The position numbers and the translations under genes are program-made. From Octopus sinensis (taxonomy: Eukaryota), in NCBI RefSeq assembly GCF_006345805.1, contig NC_043004.1, positions 5,332,001 to 5,396,000 on the forward strand: a stretch of DNA of 64,000 nt, in the 5' to 3' direction. The notes under the pieces were generated by a model, which saw nothing but the letters and a program-made list of their open reading frames with translations, did not search any database and was not told the DNA's origin. The first letter of the stretch is position 1, and the number at the start of each line of letters is the position of its first letter. Positions 51,071-63,169 of this stretch are shown in pieces.

Positions 51071-52616
51071 GTAAGTAATTGTAAAAATGTACCAAGGTAT
51101 AATGTGTTCTATAGAAAATTTTGTTTGTTCCTGGAGTAGAGTGTCCAGGTAATAAAACAGAAAATTAGTTGAACTCTCTAAGAGCTGAGATAAAAAATAG
51201 TCAAGTGTGTTTGGTGTTGAGAAAAGGGAAGATAATGATTAATTCTGTAGTTACTTCAAGTTTCATTTAAAAATTAAAAAATTTTTTAAAAAAATCATTC
51301 AAGTTTTTGAACAAAAACCTGAACAAGTGCATTTTGGGAAACACACGTGTGTGCATACATACATTACATACAAATATATATACAAATATATGTTTGCATG
51401 CATACACACAAACATGTACACCTTGAAACCTCAAGCTGCTCAACCCAGATTATAATAATAATGAAATTATTGTATACAGTGCTCAGGTGCACCACAACTT
51501 GTCAAAAGTGCGTATAAAGCATATGCAGTAATGTACAAATGTCTGGAAACTGAACGGTGTATGAGTCAGATACATGCTTGCGTGTGTATGGAGGGGAGAA
51601 AATCAGGTGTAGTGTTGGTGAATCTCAGGAAGCATGGAAGTTTTGAAGGATGCAGTGCTCCGACAAATTACAACTGATGCCTTAAACCCTTTATCATTTA
51701 AACTGGCCATATCCAGTCCAGATATTTTACCTGCTTTACATTCAAACTGGCCATATCTAGCCTCTCACATCTACCCTACATTGACACTCTAAAAATACAT
51801 AATGACATTATTGAAGTTTCAAAGCTATGAGATAATGCATGGTTAATTCAAAACAGTATGAATGACTAAAGCATTATATTTAACAGTAATCTGAACACCA
51901 AAAAGTTAATCTTTTAATTATTAGTACACTTGGCTATGTTAATTGACAATCTTGGAAAGCTAGGGCTTTCAGGCAAAGAAAGGGACCGTGTAACCAGTGC
52001 TGGATTAATCATTAAGCAAAATGAGCATTTGCTTAGGGCACCACAGAAATGGTAAATGATGCACAGCACAAAAAAAAATATTCAAATTGATTTATATGAT
52101 CAGGAATATAATTTCAAAATGTTCATGGTGTCATAATGAAGATCTGGTCAAAAGACTTTGCAATTAAAAAAAAGTAGGAGAAAACTTTTCAAATATAAAT
52201 AAAGGGGAGGTATACAAAAATAAATATTATTTTCCATCTTGTTTCATTTTGAAACATAAAAAAAATTATTTATTATTGTTCATATTTTGAATAACATATA
52301 TATGGGGGCAGCAAAATCTTGTAAGGGCTTAAGGGCAATTATGGGTCTTAATATGACCCGGAATGTAGTGCATACTTTGAAAATTCAATGAAACAGTAAA
52401 ACTGTGTAAAACCTTTCCAAAGTTCTACATGTGATATTTATCATTTTTGTTATGCAAATTTCAGCAACTGGGCTGTTTCTTTGTTACAAAGCATTTCCTT
52501 CTTTATTGGAAGAATTCAAATGATTAAAAAAAAAAAGATACAGGTACATTATTTTATTTTTATTTATTTATTTATGGTTCTCAAAATTATTTATCAATAT
52601 ATGTGTTGTGTTTCAG

Positions 52617-52709
52617 AAATGGAAAATATATTGTACCCAAATCAGACTCTGAAGAAATCTATGAAGGTTGCTGGAAAGAAGGCAAAATGAATGGGCTGGG
52701 CTCAGTTAT
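52617..52709 (+). CDS. ALS2: Alsin exon (MORN; YEGCWKEGKMNGLG)
   Basis: AG/GT boundaries, MORN signature. Confidence 0.93.
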
Positions 52710-54162
52710 GTAAGTAATTTTAATTAATTATTTATCTTTTAGTTTTTACTTGTTTCAGTAATTAGACTGTGGCTATGCTAGAGCACCACCTTGCAGAGGT
52801 TTAGTCAACGAAATCAACCCAGCATTTATTTATTTTTTTAAAGTTTTGTACTTATTCTGTTGGTCTCTTTTGCTTAATCGCTAAGTTACAGTAAACAAAC
52901 CAACCTGATTGTCAAGTGGGAGTTAGTCAGAGGAGACAAACACATATGCATATTTATATGACAATCTTTCATAATTTCCCTCTACCAAATTCATTCACAA
53001 AGCATTTGTTGGCCCCAGGGTTACAGTAGGGCTCTCTTGCCTAAGGTGTCACACAGTAGGACTGAACCCTAAATAACATGGTAGCAAAGCAAGCTTCTTA
53101 AGTACACAGCCATGCCTGCACCTACATGGAAGGACTAAATTACTAGACAAGCGCTTCCTCCTCCTTTTGGCAAGCTGCAATCTGCTGATCATATACATAT
53201 AACCTTGTCTTTGATGCCAGTCCTTCACACAAGCATCTTATGATTTGTTTAGTCCACATGACTCTGTAAGAGGCATAGAGCCAGTTTCCTCGGTTTCTCT
53301 GGAATATTTCTCCCTGGATGGGGAACACCAGTCTATCACAGGATTCCTCATTTTTGCCAGCTGAGTGGATTGGAGCAACATGAAATGAAGTGTTTTGCTC
53401 AAGAACACAACACATTGCCCAGTTCAGGAATCAAAACCTGGAAAGATTCCTTAATCTCTGAGGTACACGCCCTGTTGTGTAACATTACTCCAGAGATGTT
53501 TCAGAAAAATCTCATCTTAGCTGCTTGTATTTGCAATCGTACTCTTTCAGTCATTGTCCAGTATTTATGGACATAGGTGAAGATTGGTACAAAGACCAAA
53601 TTGAAGAGAGCAAGTTTACTTTTTTATTGACCTCTCCTCTTCTGAGGATCAAATGCTAGAACTGGTGCATTACCATACCAGAACTTATGATGATGATGAT
53701 GATCTCATTGACCCCAGACTTAATTTTAATGGTGGGAGGAGTTTAATATATTATTGGTTTCAAATTCTGACACAATGCCAGCAATTTTGAGGGAGGGCTA
53801 ACTCGATCACATCAACCCCCAGTGCATAACTGGTACTTTTTTTTTACTGACCCGAAAGGATGAGAGGCAAAGTTAACTTCAGTGGAATTTGAACTCAAAA
53901 CATAAAAAGGGACAAAATCCTAAGCATTTTGCCTAGTGTATTAACGATTCTGCCAGCCTGACACTTTATTTGTGCTTGTGGCACATAAAAAGCACCTACT
54001 TCAGTCACGGAGTGGTTGGCGTTAGGAAGGGCATCCAGCTGTAGAAGCACTGCTAGATAAGACTGGAGCCTGGTGCAGCCTCCTGGCTTCCCAGACCCCG
54101 GTCAAACCGTCCAACCCGTGCTAGCACAGAAAACGGACGTTAAACGACGATGATGATGATGA

Positions 54163-54229
<67 letters not shown>

Positions 54230-54589
54230 CATCTATGTTAATGAAAGTGTGAAAGTTAAATGTTAAGTTGGAAATCTCAATTTCAATTTGGTGAGAGAAT
54301 TAATGCTGTGTCAGATGTCACAGCATTAACATGAATACTGTTTGGTTCAATTTTAGAAAATTAGGCACAATTAAGGAATTTTCTGTCTGAAAACTAATGT
54401 GCCTCACATTCACCTAGAGGAGCTGGGTGGGTGACTTTTAAATTTATCTATTTGATTTTATTCATTTATTTGTTGTTACTACTATTTATTATTGTTATTA
54501 TCATCATTAGCATCATTATTACTGTTGTTGTTACTGTTGTTATAAATAAGTTTCTCCTTCTTTGACTATTTTATTTTGCATGATTCCAG

Positions 54590-54756
54590 GTATCCAAGTG
54601 GAGACCGCTACCAGGGTTATTTCAAAGATGGACAAAAGTTTGGGCATGGGGTTTTGCGCCAGGGTAAGCACATGTCCAGTGTTGCCAGTGTTTACATAGG
54701 AGAATGGATGGCCGACAAACGTAATGGATATGGAGTATTAGATGATGTACTTCGAG
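54590..54756 (+). CDS. ALS2: Alsin exon (two MORN repeats)
   Basis: AG/GT boundaries; YQGYFKDGQKFGHG and YIGEWMADKRNGYG. Confidence 0.94.
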
Positions 54757-54840
54757 GTAAGCATGAATGACTCTCAGATAATTCATTTATATTTTTCATT
54801 CATTTTTACATCTGTTTTTCTATGCTAGCATGGGTTAGAT

Positions 54841-55613
54841 CAGTGGTTCTCAACCAGGGTCCATATAAAATTTTGTTGTTAACATTTATCTACAATAAAC
54901 TGGTTATACTTCTGCAAATTACAAAACATTTTAACAATTTTTCCATACAATTTTTTGTTATTTAATTCTGTCAAGCCAAGTGTAATTGTAGTTGTGGTTG
55001 ATGCTGGTGTCATGTAACTGGCATGTAAAAAGCATCTTTCGAGCATTGGGCCTCATGAAGACAATGTGGCTGAGCTCCTTTCAAGCGTTGGGCTACACGA
55101 AGGCAATGTGAATGAGCTCCTTTTGAGTGTTGGACCTCATGGAGGCAATGTGACTGAGCTTCTTTTGAGGATTGGGCCTCATGGAGGCAATGTGGCTGAG
55201 CTTCTTTTGAGTGTTGGGCCTCATGGAGGCAATGACCGAGACCTTTGGCATTATGTCATGCTTGAGAAGAAGACTCATCAAGGCGAGCAAAATGGCAGTC
55301 ATAGCAGATACTGGTGTCGTGCAAATGGCACCCGTGTTGGTGGCACGGAGAAGCACCCATTACACTTTTGGAGTGGTTGGTGTTAGGAAGGGCATCCAGC
55401 CATAGAAAACCATGCCAAATCAGACTGGAGTCTGGTGCAGCCTTCCAACTTGCCAGTCCTGGTCAAACCATCCAACCCATGCCAGCATGGACAATGGACT
55501 TTAAATGCCGCCGCCGCCAACTTTTTTAAACACTGAATGGATAATGAGGGTCCATTAGAGTAAAACAGGAATCAAAGAGGTCCATGAGTAAAAAAAAGGG
55601 TTGAGGACCCCTG
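54841..55613. mobile_element. hAT-type MITE with a nested RTE fragment
   Basis: CAGTGGTTCTCAACC / GGTTGAGGACCCCTG; interior 54965-55510 is an RTE 3' end; TSD not preserved. Confidence 0.6.
55036..55240 (+). repeat. 42-bp minisatellite, about 5 units, derived from the RTE RT C-terminal coding sequence
   Basis: Units start at 55036, 55078, 55120, 55162 and 55204; three similar units at 33813-33935. Confidence 0.85.
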
Positions 55614-55930
55614 TTTTGCAGCTGGATGCCTTTCTGGATGCTAATGATTGTGTGTTTTTTTTAACTAAGAGATCAATTTCAAACTTCTTTGAAGTCAGAA
55701 AAATAGCAGATGAAGTGTTGACAGGAGGAATGGCGACACTGCTTGTTGCTCACAATTTTCACTGAAGGTCATATATAAACAAACACTTAAATACAGCCAT
55801 TCAACCTCCTGTCAAACCGTTCAATCCATGCCAGCATGGAAAATGGACACTAAATGCTGATGATGATAAAATTTAAACTTTGTTATTACTTCAAATTTGT
55901 GTGTCCTGATCAATAAATCTATTCCTTTAA

Positions 55931-56403
55931 CCTTTTCATTACCGTATTTATTTTGAGATGCTCTGTGTTTCTTTCAGTTACTTAAAATATAACAAAGAAT
56001 TTAGTAAAATAAATTAGTTATGATTCAGCTAGTGTTAGGAACATAAATTGTGACCAAGGTTTGGTGGAAGATTTTAATTCAAAACTTATGAAAACAAAAC
56101 ATTTGTGCTCAGAGCCAGAGCCATTTTCAGTGGGGTTGATAACGAAAGGGTTAAGAATTGTTTCTCTATTATATATTTTAACCCTTTTGTTACCATATTT
56201 CTGTTGAGATGCTCTGTGTTTCTTTCAATTAATTTAAAATATAATAAAGAATTTTGTAAAATAACTTAGTTATCATTAAGCTAGTGTTAGGAACATAAAT
56301 TGTGACTAAGGTTTGGTGGAAGATTTTAATTCAAAACTTATGAAAACAAGACATTTGTACTACAGAGCCAGGGGTGGTTTCAGCCAGGTTGGTAACAAAA
56401 GGG
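55931..56403 (+). mobile_element. Two tandem piggyBac-like MITEs (55931-56150, 56182-56403)
   Basis: Each is flanked by TTAA with TIR CCCTTTTGTTACC/GGTAACAAAAGGG or a variant; the two copies are clearly homologous. Confidence 0.75.
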
Positions 56404-56473
56404 TTAAATGATGATGATGAATAGTGTTGTTGATGATGATGATGATGATGTTTTTTTTTTTATCTATTTGAAG

Positions 56474-56583
56474 GCGAGAAATATATGGGAATGTGGCAAG
56501 ATGACCAAAAACATGGTGGTGGCATTGTGGTCACTCTGGACGGCATGTATTTTGAGGGGAATTTTGTCCAAGGAAAACTCAGT
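56474..56583 (+). CDS. ALS2: Alsin exon (MORN; [11 protein letters not shown])
   Basis: AG/GT boundaries; [11 protein letters not shown] matches recalled vertebrate alsin. Confidence 0.95.
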
Positions 56584-58003
56584 GTAAGAACCACCTTTTT
56601 GCAGTTTTTCTTTGGTCTCTGATAATTTTTCAATTAGTCTTTCATCCAGCAGTGAATGCATTGGTTTGTATACAAACTCAGTAACTACTTTATTATTTAA
56701 TGTTAAGCCAAGGCTCTTATTTTCTGTTCAAATCTTGTAGACCAACTACGACTCTGTATTAATTTATCTTATCTTTTAACCTTTACTAATAAGTCCTCTC
56801 TGCAAGCCATGTTGAGCTAGTGTGACAGAATAAACTCATCAAACCAGTATGATCTCAAAACTCAAATTCACAGCCTTTACATCAGACTTGGTTGTGGAGA
56901 GAACATGTTGAGGCCTTTGTCCTGCAGTGGACTAAACATAGGCAGTCCACTCCAATAATTTCCTCACGGGGTGAGCCAGCAGACTCATTAATATTTTCCA
57001 GAAGACTAGAAATAAACACTTGCACTTGTCTGACAGTGATGCTCATTTACAAACATCACATGATGTCTAGACAAAGGGTACAAACACAGACATACATACA
57101 TCATAACATTGCACTCAATATTAAGTGGTTAAGTGGTAAACACAATTGGACAACCAAAGCAGGAGAATAAGCCGTACTAATCAGAGCAGGCTTCTACTCT
57201 TCTGCTCATCAGTTAAAGTAAACGCAATACTCTGACAATATACTAGAATAAAGTTGACCATGAATTTAATCTAGGTTTTTTTCTGTTGATCAAATCTACT
57301 CTCAATGCTCTGGGTTTTCATAGAAGACACTTTGTCCAAAGTGTCATGCAGCAGGATTGAACTCAAGATTACATGGTTGGGAACCAAAATCTTCACCACA
57401 CAGCCACTCCCGTACCTCTACTGTTTAGTATTTATAGATGGCAAAATGCTGTTAATTTGCTGTTGCCAGTACTGCCTGACTGGTCCTCATGCCGGTGGCA
57501 CGTAAAAGCACCCACTACACTCTGAGTGGTTGGCATTAGGAAGGGCATCAAGCTGTAGAAACTCTGCTAGATCAAGATTGGAGCCCGGTGCAGCCATCTG
57601 GTTCGCCAATCCTCAGTCAAATCGTCCAACCCATGCTAGCATGGAAAGCGGACATTAAACGTAAAAAGCACTCATGCCAGTACCATGTAAAAATCACCCA
57701 GTCTACTCTGTAAAGGGGTTGGTGTCAACAAAGGCTTCCAGCCATAGAAACCTTGCCAAAGCAGACATTTGGAGCCTGGTGCGGCTCTGGTCACATCGTC
57801 CAACCATACCTGAATGGGAAACAGACACTAAGTGAAATTGATGATGATGTGTGTAAATACTCAAATTTTCAGAGTTATTTGACCCAAATGAAGAAGAATT
57901 AGTGCAAAAGTTTAAAAGAGAAAAAGAAATATAAAATTTAGCGACAATTATTTTCAGAATTGTTGTTACATGTTCCATTAATTCCTGACTTATATATTTA
58001 TAG

Positions 58004-58081
58004 GGTTTTGGACTGATGTTAACTGATGATGACAGCTGCTATGAAGGTGAATTCTCTGGAATCACTCAACTAAACGGTAAA
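58004..58081 (+). CDS. ALS2: Alsin exon (MORN; DDSCYEGEFS)
   Basis: AG/GT boundaries, phase 0 to 0. Confidence 0.92.
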
Positions 58082-59481
58082 GTAAGTATACCGTTTTGAA
58101 ATGTTTTATATCAGCCTGTGATGAAAATTTATCAAGTTTCTCTATAGGAGGTGAATTCCAAACAACAAAGCAACTGTAGAAAGGACAAAACTATTTGTGT
58201 GTTTGTATTATGAACCAAAATATAGTGTTCAGTATATACTAATAGGGTTAGTGTATCTATTTATCTGTAAATAGCCAACAACTTGAAATAAGAACGACTT
58301 AAAATTTGGCTGTTGTATCTTGGAAGGGTCATTGTACTAATAATAAGCATGCACGCACGAGTTCTATTTCACCTCTTTATTATTATTATTGTTGTTGTTG
58401 TATTTAGGAACAGTCATGTTGCCAGTTTAGCCAATAAAAACATTAATCTTAATCTTATTTCGGCCAGAGTTCTTTCGTCACACTACTGTGACCTCATCAG
58501 TGGTCCTTTGCTTTCTTCTTTCTTATTTGTGTGTCTCTCCTTACTAACCGTCAGCCATTTTGTATTTTGTATTCCTATTGTATGTGTCTTTATTTGCACA
58601 TGCATATACCCCTATGTCTGTCTGTTTAGTTAGTGTGTGTGTGGGGGGAGTACCTGTAATATTTGTATCTCCTGTTTATATACACATTTGTGTAATTTGT
58701 TTTCGTTTATTTTGTTCGTGTTTATACCTACTTATTATTTTTTTTTGTATTTTAATTTTTTTTAAAATTTTGTTAATGTATATTTTTTTATCATTTCTAA
58801 TGTGTCTATTATTATTATTATTATTATTGAGAGAGAGAGGAATGCATGCCATCAAAGTGACACTGGGGAAAAATATAAGAAGCCCAATATACCCATCATG
58901 ACTATCCGTCTGATAAGGGTACACTAAGCACATGCATCACAACCATACATGTGCAACATGGTGATCTCATATGAAGATAAACAGTGCATGACCTTGCAGG
59001 TGGGGGCTCAGTTAGAATTTTCTTCTGGTCGAGTAACCCATCCTGCTCAAAAGGTCCCTGAATAAGGTTTGTTTAAGGATGATGAACGAAACACCCATGT
59101 TTCCAAGGGTGAATTATCCAGACCCCCAAAGAATTCCTCTCAACACATGGCTATGGTGCTCTCCCACTACTTCTGCTCGTGATCAGAGATGCACATATTG
59201 TCAGTCACTTAGGGATATGCTCAACTGGTTAAGATCAAACAACTGACAAGCAAATCTGTGGTATTGAGCAGAATATTTGCTGTAGCCCATCTTTTATACC
59301 ATGGTAAAACAATGTACAAGATAACACCTCTAATCAGTTAAGATCAGAAGCCATGAAAGCCACTGCCTGGCATTGCATCAGGGCATCGTCGTCGTCGCCG
59401 CCTTCTTCTTCTTCTACAAATTTCAGGCCTTGTGCCTATAGTAGAAAGGATTATTATTATTATTATTTCCTTTTTTTTCAG

Positions 59482-59630
59482 GGTACATTACGACTACCAA
59501 ACGGGGATAGTCTTGAAGGACATTTCACAGGTTCTTGGAATGTTGGTATCAAAGTAAATGCTACATTCCATAAAAATCTTCCTCCTGAGACAGTCAAGAA
59601 AGCAGACCTTACCTATGGGATCCACTCAAA
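59482..59630 (+). CDS. ALS2: Alsin exon (last MORN; GTLRLPNGDSLEGHFTGSW)
   Basis: AG/GT boundaries, phase 0 to 2. Confidence 0.92.
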
Positions 59631-60799
59631 GTAAGTGAGATATTGCTACAGTGAGTGTCACTCACATCAACAATTTACTCACATTCACACAATCAGTATG
59701 CATGCTACTTACTTCATTGAAGTTTGTGGTGCACTCAACCTCACCAGTATTACAATGATTTTATTCAAACCACAAAGGTGAAACAAAGAGGGTACAATAC
59801 ACGGGACACCAGTATTACGAGCCATCACCTTCCCTCTTTGCAGAACATTTTGATATGAACATCGTTTTATCACAGAGAGAATTTCATTTTAGCACTGCAA
59901 GTTTTAATGCACAAATCTCCTGTTGCCCGCAGAAATCTACTGTACTTTCTCAATGTCTCTTTACTGAGAACTAGAAAAACTGGGTCTTTTACAGGGTGAT
60001 ATGTAACTCTAATGACTTAGTACAAACTGCTAACATCTTGATGGTTTGGACACCTGTAAATCTATTTTAGTTACTAAGATATTCAATAAATTAAATGCGC
60101 CCTTTTAAAGCCTAGCCAGGCTCATGGGCCCAGTTTCCTGGTTTCAATGGCATATGTGTTCTCGGCTGGACGGGACGCCAGTCCATCACAGCATTACTCA
60201 ATTTTGCCAGCTGAGTGGACTGGAGCAACGTGAAATGAAGTGTTTTGCTCAAGAACACAATGCATTGCTCAGTCCAGGAATCGAAACCACAATCTTACGA
60301 TCATGATGCTGACACCCTAACCACTAAACCATGCGCCTCCACTATTAAGATATTACTTTCAGTAAAAACATAACTGCATGAATTATAGTCTGTCCCCACT
60401 TTCCTTCCTTCTTGAGTCACAGTCTTTATTCTCCCTTATATGTACCTTCTTGTCCCTTGAGGCTATGCTCTGGTACCCTGTGACCACCATCCTTACCACA
60501 TTTCCAGCTACTTACATCCACCCTTGTGTAATGCAGGGTAACCATGTATCTCCTCTAAAGCAAGATACCTGTGCTCATCCCTCTGTCATACTTTTAGCCT
60601 TCAACACTCGGCATAAAATCCATTCCCTCTCTCTCTCTCTTTCAAATATATGCCCACCCATTTGAAGGGGCCTTTTCCTTTTCGTTTTTGTCTTACAAGT
60701 TACTTGTAATAGATGTTAAATGACAATGAAGCTAAGCTTTTTACGAGCTGCTTATTAATGGATTCAAAACTTTCTTATTTCCATTCTTCTTTATTACAG

Positions 60800-60973
60800 A
60801 ACTTATGGTACATTATCTGTGCCAGCAGACCGTAAATGGGAAGATATCTTTAGTCATTGCAAGTCTATGCTTGGTTATAATGGAGAAGGCAAAGCAGACC
60901 CAGCTAAAGCTTGGCAGGCTGTGGCTGTTATGATCTCCAGTGGGAAGAAATCATTGAGTGACCAAGACTACAA
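60800..60973 (+). CDS. ALS2: Alsin exon (post-MORN region; VPADRKWEDIF)
   Basis: AG/GT boundaries, phase 2 to 2. Confidence 0.88.
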
Positions 60974-61590
60974 GTGAGTAATCCTGTTTTCTTCCTTATT
61001 TATTTTAGTTTTATTTACTAGTCATATTTACTCCAAATTCAAATATATATAAGATTTTAATCCCAGTGAAATTTTGCATTTTTTTAGTGGAATTTTGTAT
61101 TGATCAGTTATAAAGCATTAATCAGTTATAATGTAAACCTATGGAAAAAGAAGAGTTATACATTTATCCTTATTTATCATTGATCCAGAATAACATTGTA
61201 TACTATATTGTGAACCATTTTATGTTTATCACAAATCGATCTGGGATAACACAGATCAGTGATTAGTCAAAGGTTCTGCTTCTTATGGTATTTTTCAGTT
61301 ACTTTTTTATCATTTACTGGTCATATGTTATTAAATTTTACTCTAAATATTTTCCCAAACATGAAACAATATCATTGTGCATGTTTAAAAGCTATTTGGA
61401 GGTATTATTTGGGTAAGTCAGAGGGAGAACTTGGGATCAGGAACAAAACCTATTTTACTATATGTTCTATAATTCATTTGTCTATGATTCATTTAACATG
61501 GTTGATTTTTTTTTAATCAAATACCTGTGATAAACAAAGATAGATATATATTTAGAATTTCCTACTAATACATACATACACAGACATATA

Positions 61591-61695
61591 TACTTGCTTC
61601 GGCAGTACATATACTAAACTTGGAATGATACAGAGAAGATTAGCATGGCCCCTGTGCAAGGATGACATGCAAATTCGTGAAGCATTCCATGTTTT
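61591..61695 (+). pseudogene. U6: U6 snRNA retropseudogene, essentially full length
   Basis: TACTTGCTTCGGCAGTACATATACTAAACTTGGAATGATACAGAGAAGATTAGCATGGCCCCTGTGCAAGGATGACATGCAAATTCGTGAAGCATTCCATGTTTT, including the ACAGAGA box. 3' of the 5' stem-loop it has six differences from canonical U6, four of them CpG transitions. No U6-type promoter upstream. Confidence 0.93.
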
Positions 61696-61704
61696 ATTTT
61701 ACTA

Positions 61705-62093
61705 GGCATAGGAGTGGCTGTATGGTAAGTAGCTTGCTTACAAACCACATGGTTCCAGGTTCAGTCCCACTGTGTGGCACCTTGGGCAAGTCTCTTCTAC
61801 TATAGCCTCGGGCCGACCAAAGCCTTGTGAGTGGATTTGGTAGACGGAAACTGAAAGAAACCTGTCATATATATGTATATATATGTGTGTATGTATATGT
61901 TTGTGTGACCCCCCCAACATCGCTTGACAACCGATGCTGGTGTGTTTACATCCCTGTAACTTAGCAGTTCGGCAAAAAAAGACTGATAGAATAAGTACTA
62001 GGCTTGCAAAGAATAAGTCCTGGGGTCGATTTGCTTGACTAAAGGCGGTGCTCCAGCATGGCCACAGTCAAATAACTGAAACAAGTAAAAGAG
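61705..62093 (+). mobile_element. tRNA-headed SINE family A, full length (others at 7035, 19520, 20350, 32960, 37388, 42870, 47700 on +; 410, 23085, 36900, 46350, 52740, 63590 on -)
   Basis: GGAGTGGCTGTGTGGTAAG A-box and GGTTCAGTCCC B-box, internal (TA/TG)n, 3' end GACTGAAACAAGTAAAAGAG. Confidence 0.85.
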
Positions 62094-62519
62094 AGACATC
62101 TATAAAGTAAATAGATGTCATCGTTTTTGAGAGAAATTTATTTCTAGAAGCAAAATAATATCCTTTGATGCATTTAAATCTGTCACCAAGTATTTAGTAA
62201 ACATACCTTGTGCAGTTTTTCATGATTTAACCTGCCTAGGCATTGTGCTAAAGAGTAGTGTCCACATAATTAAAAAGGTATAATGTGGGGGTGTCTATAC
62301 ATATGTTTCTCTATATTTTTTGCATTGTTTTTCTCTATTACTAAACCTTATATGAACTCCTTCATTTTCTCAACATTTCTAATCAAGAAACTATTCTATT
62401 CATTGTTTAATTACTTAGCATTTAGACTAGCCATATCAAATATTCTCTCTGCTTTATGTTCAAACCAGCTAGATCTGACCTTTCACATCTAACCTACAAT
62501 GTCATTCGAATAATAAAGA

Positions 62520-63000
62520 ATTACATCATTGAAATCTTGACTCTACAAGATCACTCAGGATTAACTGAAAATGATGTGAATTAATAAGCGTTACATTTGA
62601 TGGGATAATCAGAATACTAACTCTGAACAATAACTCTGAGCACCTTTTCAAACTCCACCTGTCTAACACCCGTGGACATGTTTTCAAAGTCAGAAAACAG
62701 CACAGCTCCCATGACTTTCGGAAACATTTTTTCACGCTAAGAGTTGCTGAAGCATGGAACAGACTACCAGCATCAGTTGTTAGTTGTCGGAGCACTGCAT
62801 CCTTCAAAACTTCCATGCTTCCTGAGATTCGCCAACACTACACCTGATTTTCTCCCTTCCATACACATGCAAGCATGTATCTGACTCATACACTGTTCAC
62901 TTTCCAGACATTTGTACATTACTGCATATGCTTTATATGCAGTTTTTGACAAGTTGTGGTGCACCTGAGCACTGTATACAATAATTTCATTATTATTATT
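62520..63000 (+). mobile_element. CR1-type LINE 3' end (other copies at 12440-12875 +, 30880-31025 +, 51455-51680 -)
   Basis: NTRGHVFKVRK...RKHFFTLRVAEAWNRLP motif; (ATT)n tail. Confidence 0.85.
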
Positions 63001-63045
63001 TAAAAGATTAATTAAACTGGATATTGTTTGGTTTCTGTTCTTCAG

Positions 63046-63169
63046 CTGCTCCCTTTCTAAAATTAGACTAATGTCTTGCACTCTTGATGAACTTGAGAAA
63101 ATTCCTCCATATTCCGAAGGGAAAATGACTGTGGAATATTATCATAAAATTGCAAGTTATCTCTCAAAG
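63046..63169 (+). CDS. ALS2: Alsin exon (last in window; gene continues 3')
   Basis: AG/GT boundaries, phase 2 to 0; VPS9 domain not reached. Confidence 0.82.

Noticed and set aside
57150-57215. CTGATGA plus a GCAG/CTGC stem on the - strand as a third hammerhead
   Set aside because: No GAAA after the stem, and no stem I or III.
56820-57260. Solo LTR (TG...AATAAA...CA)
   Set aside because: No matching target-site duplication and no second copy in the window.
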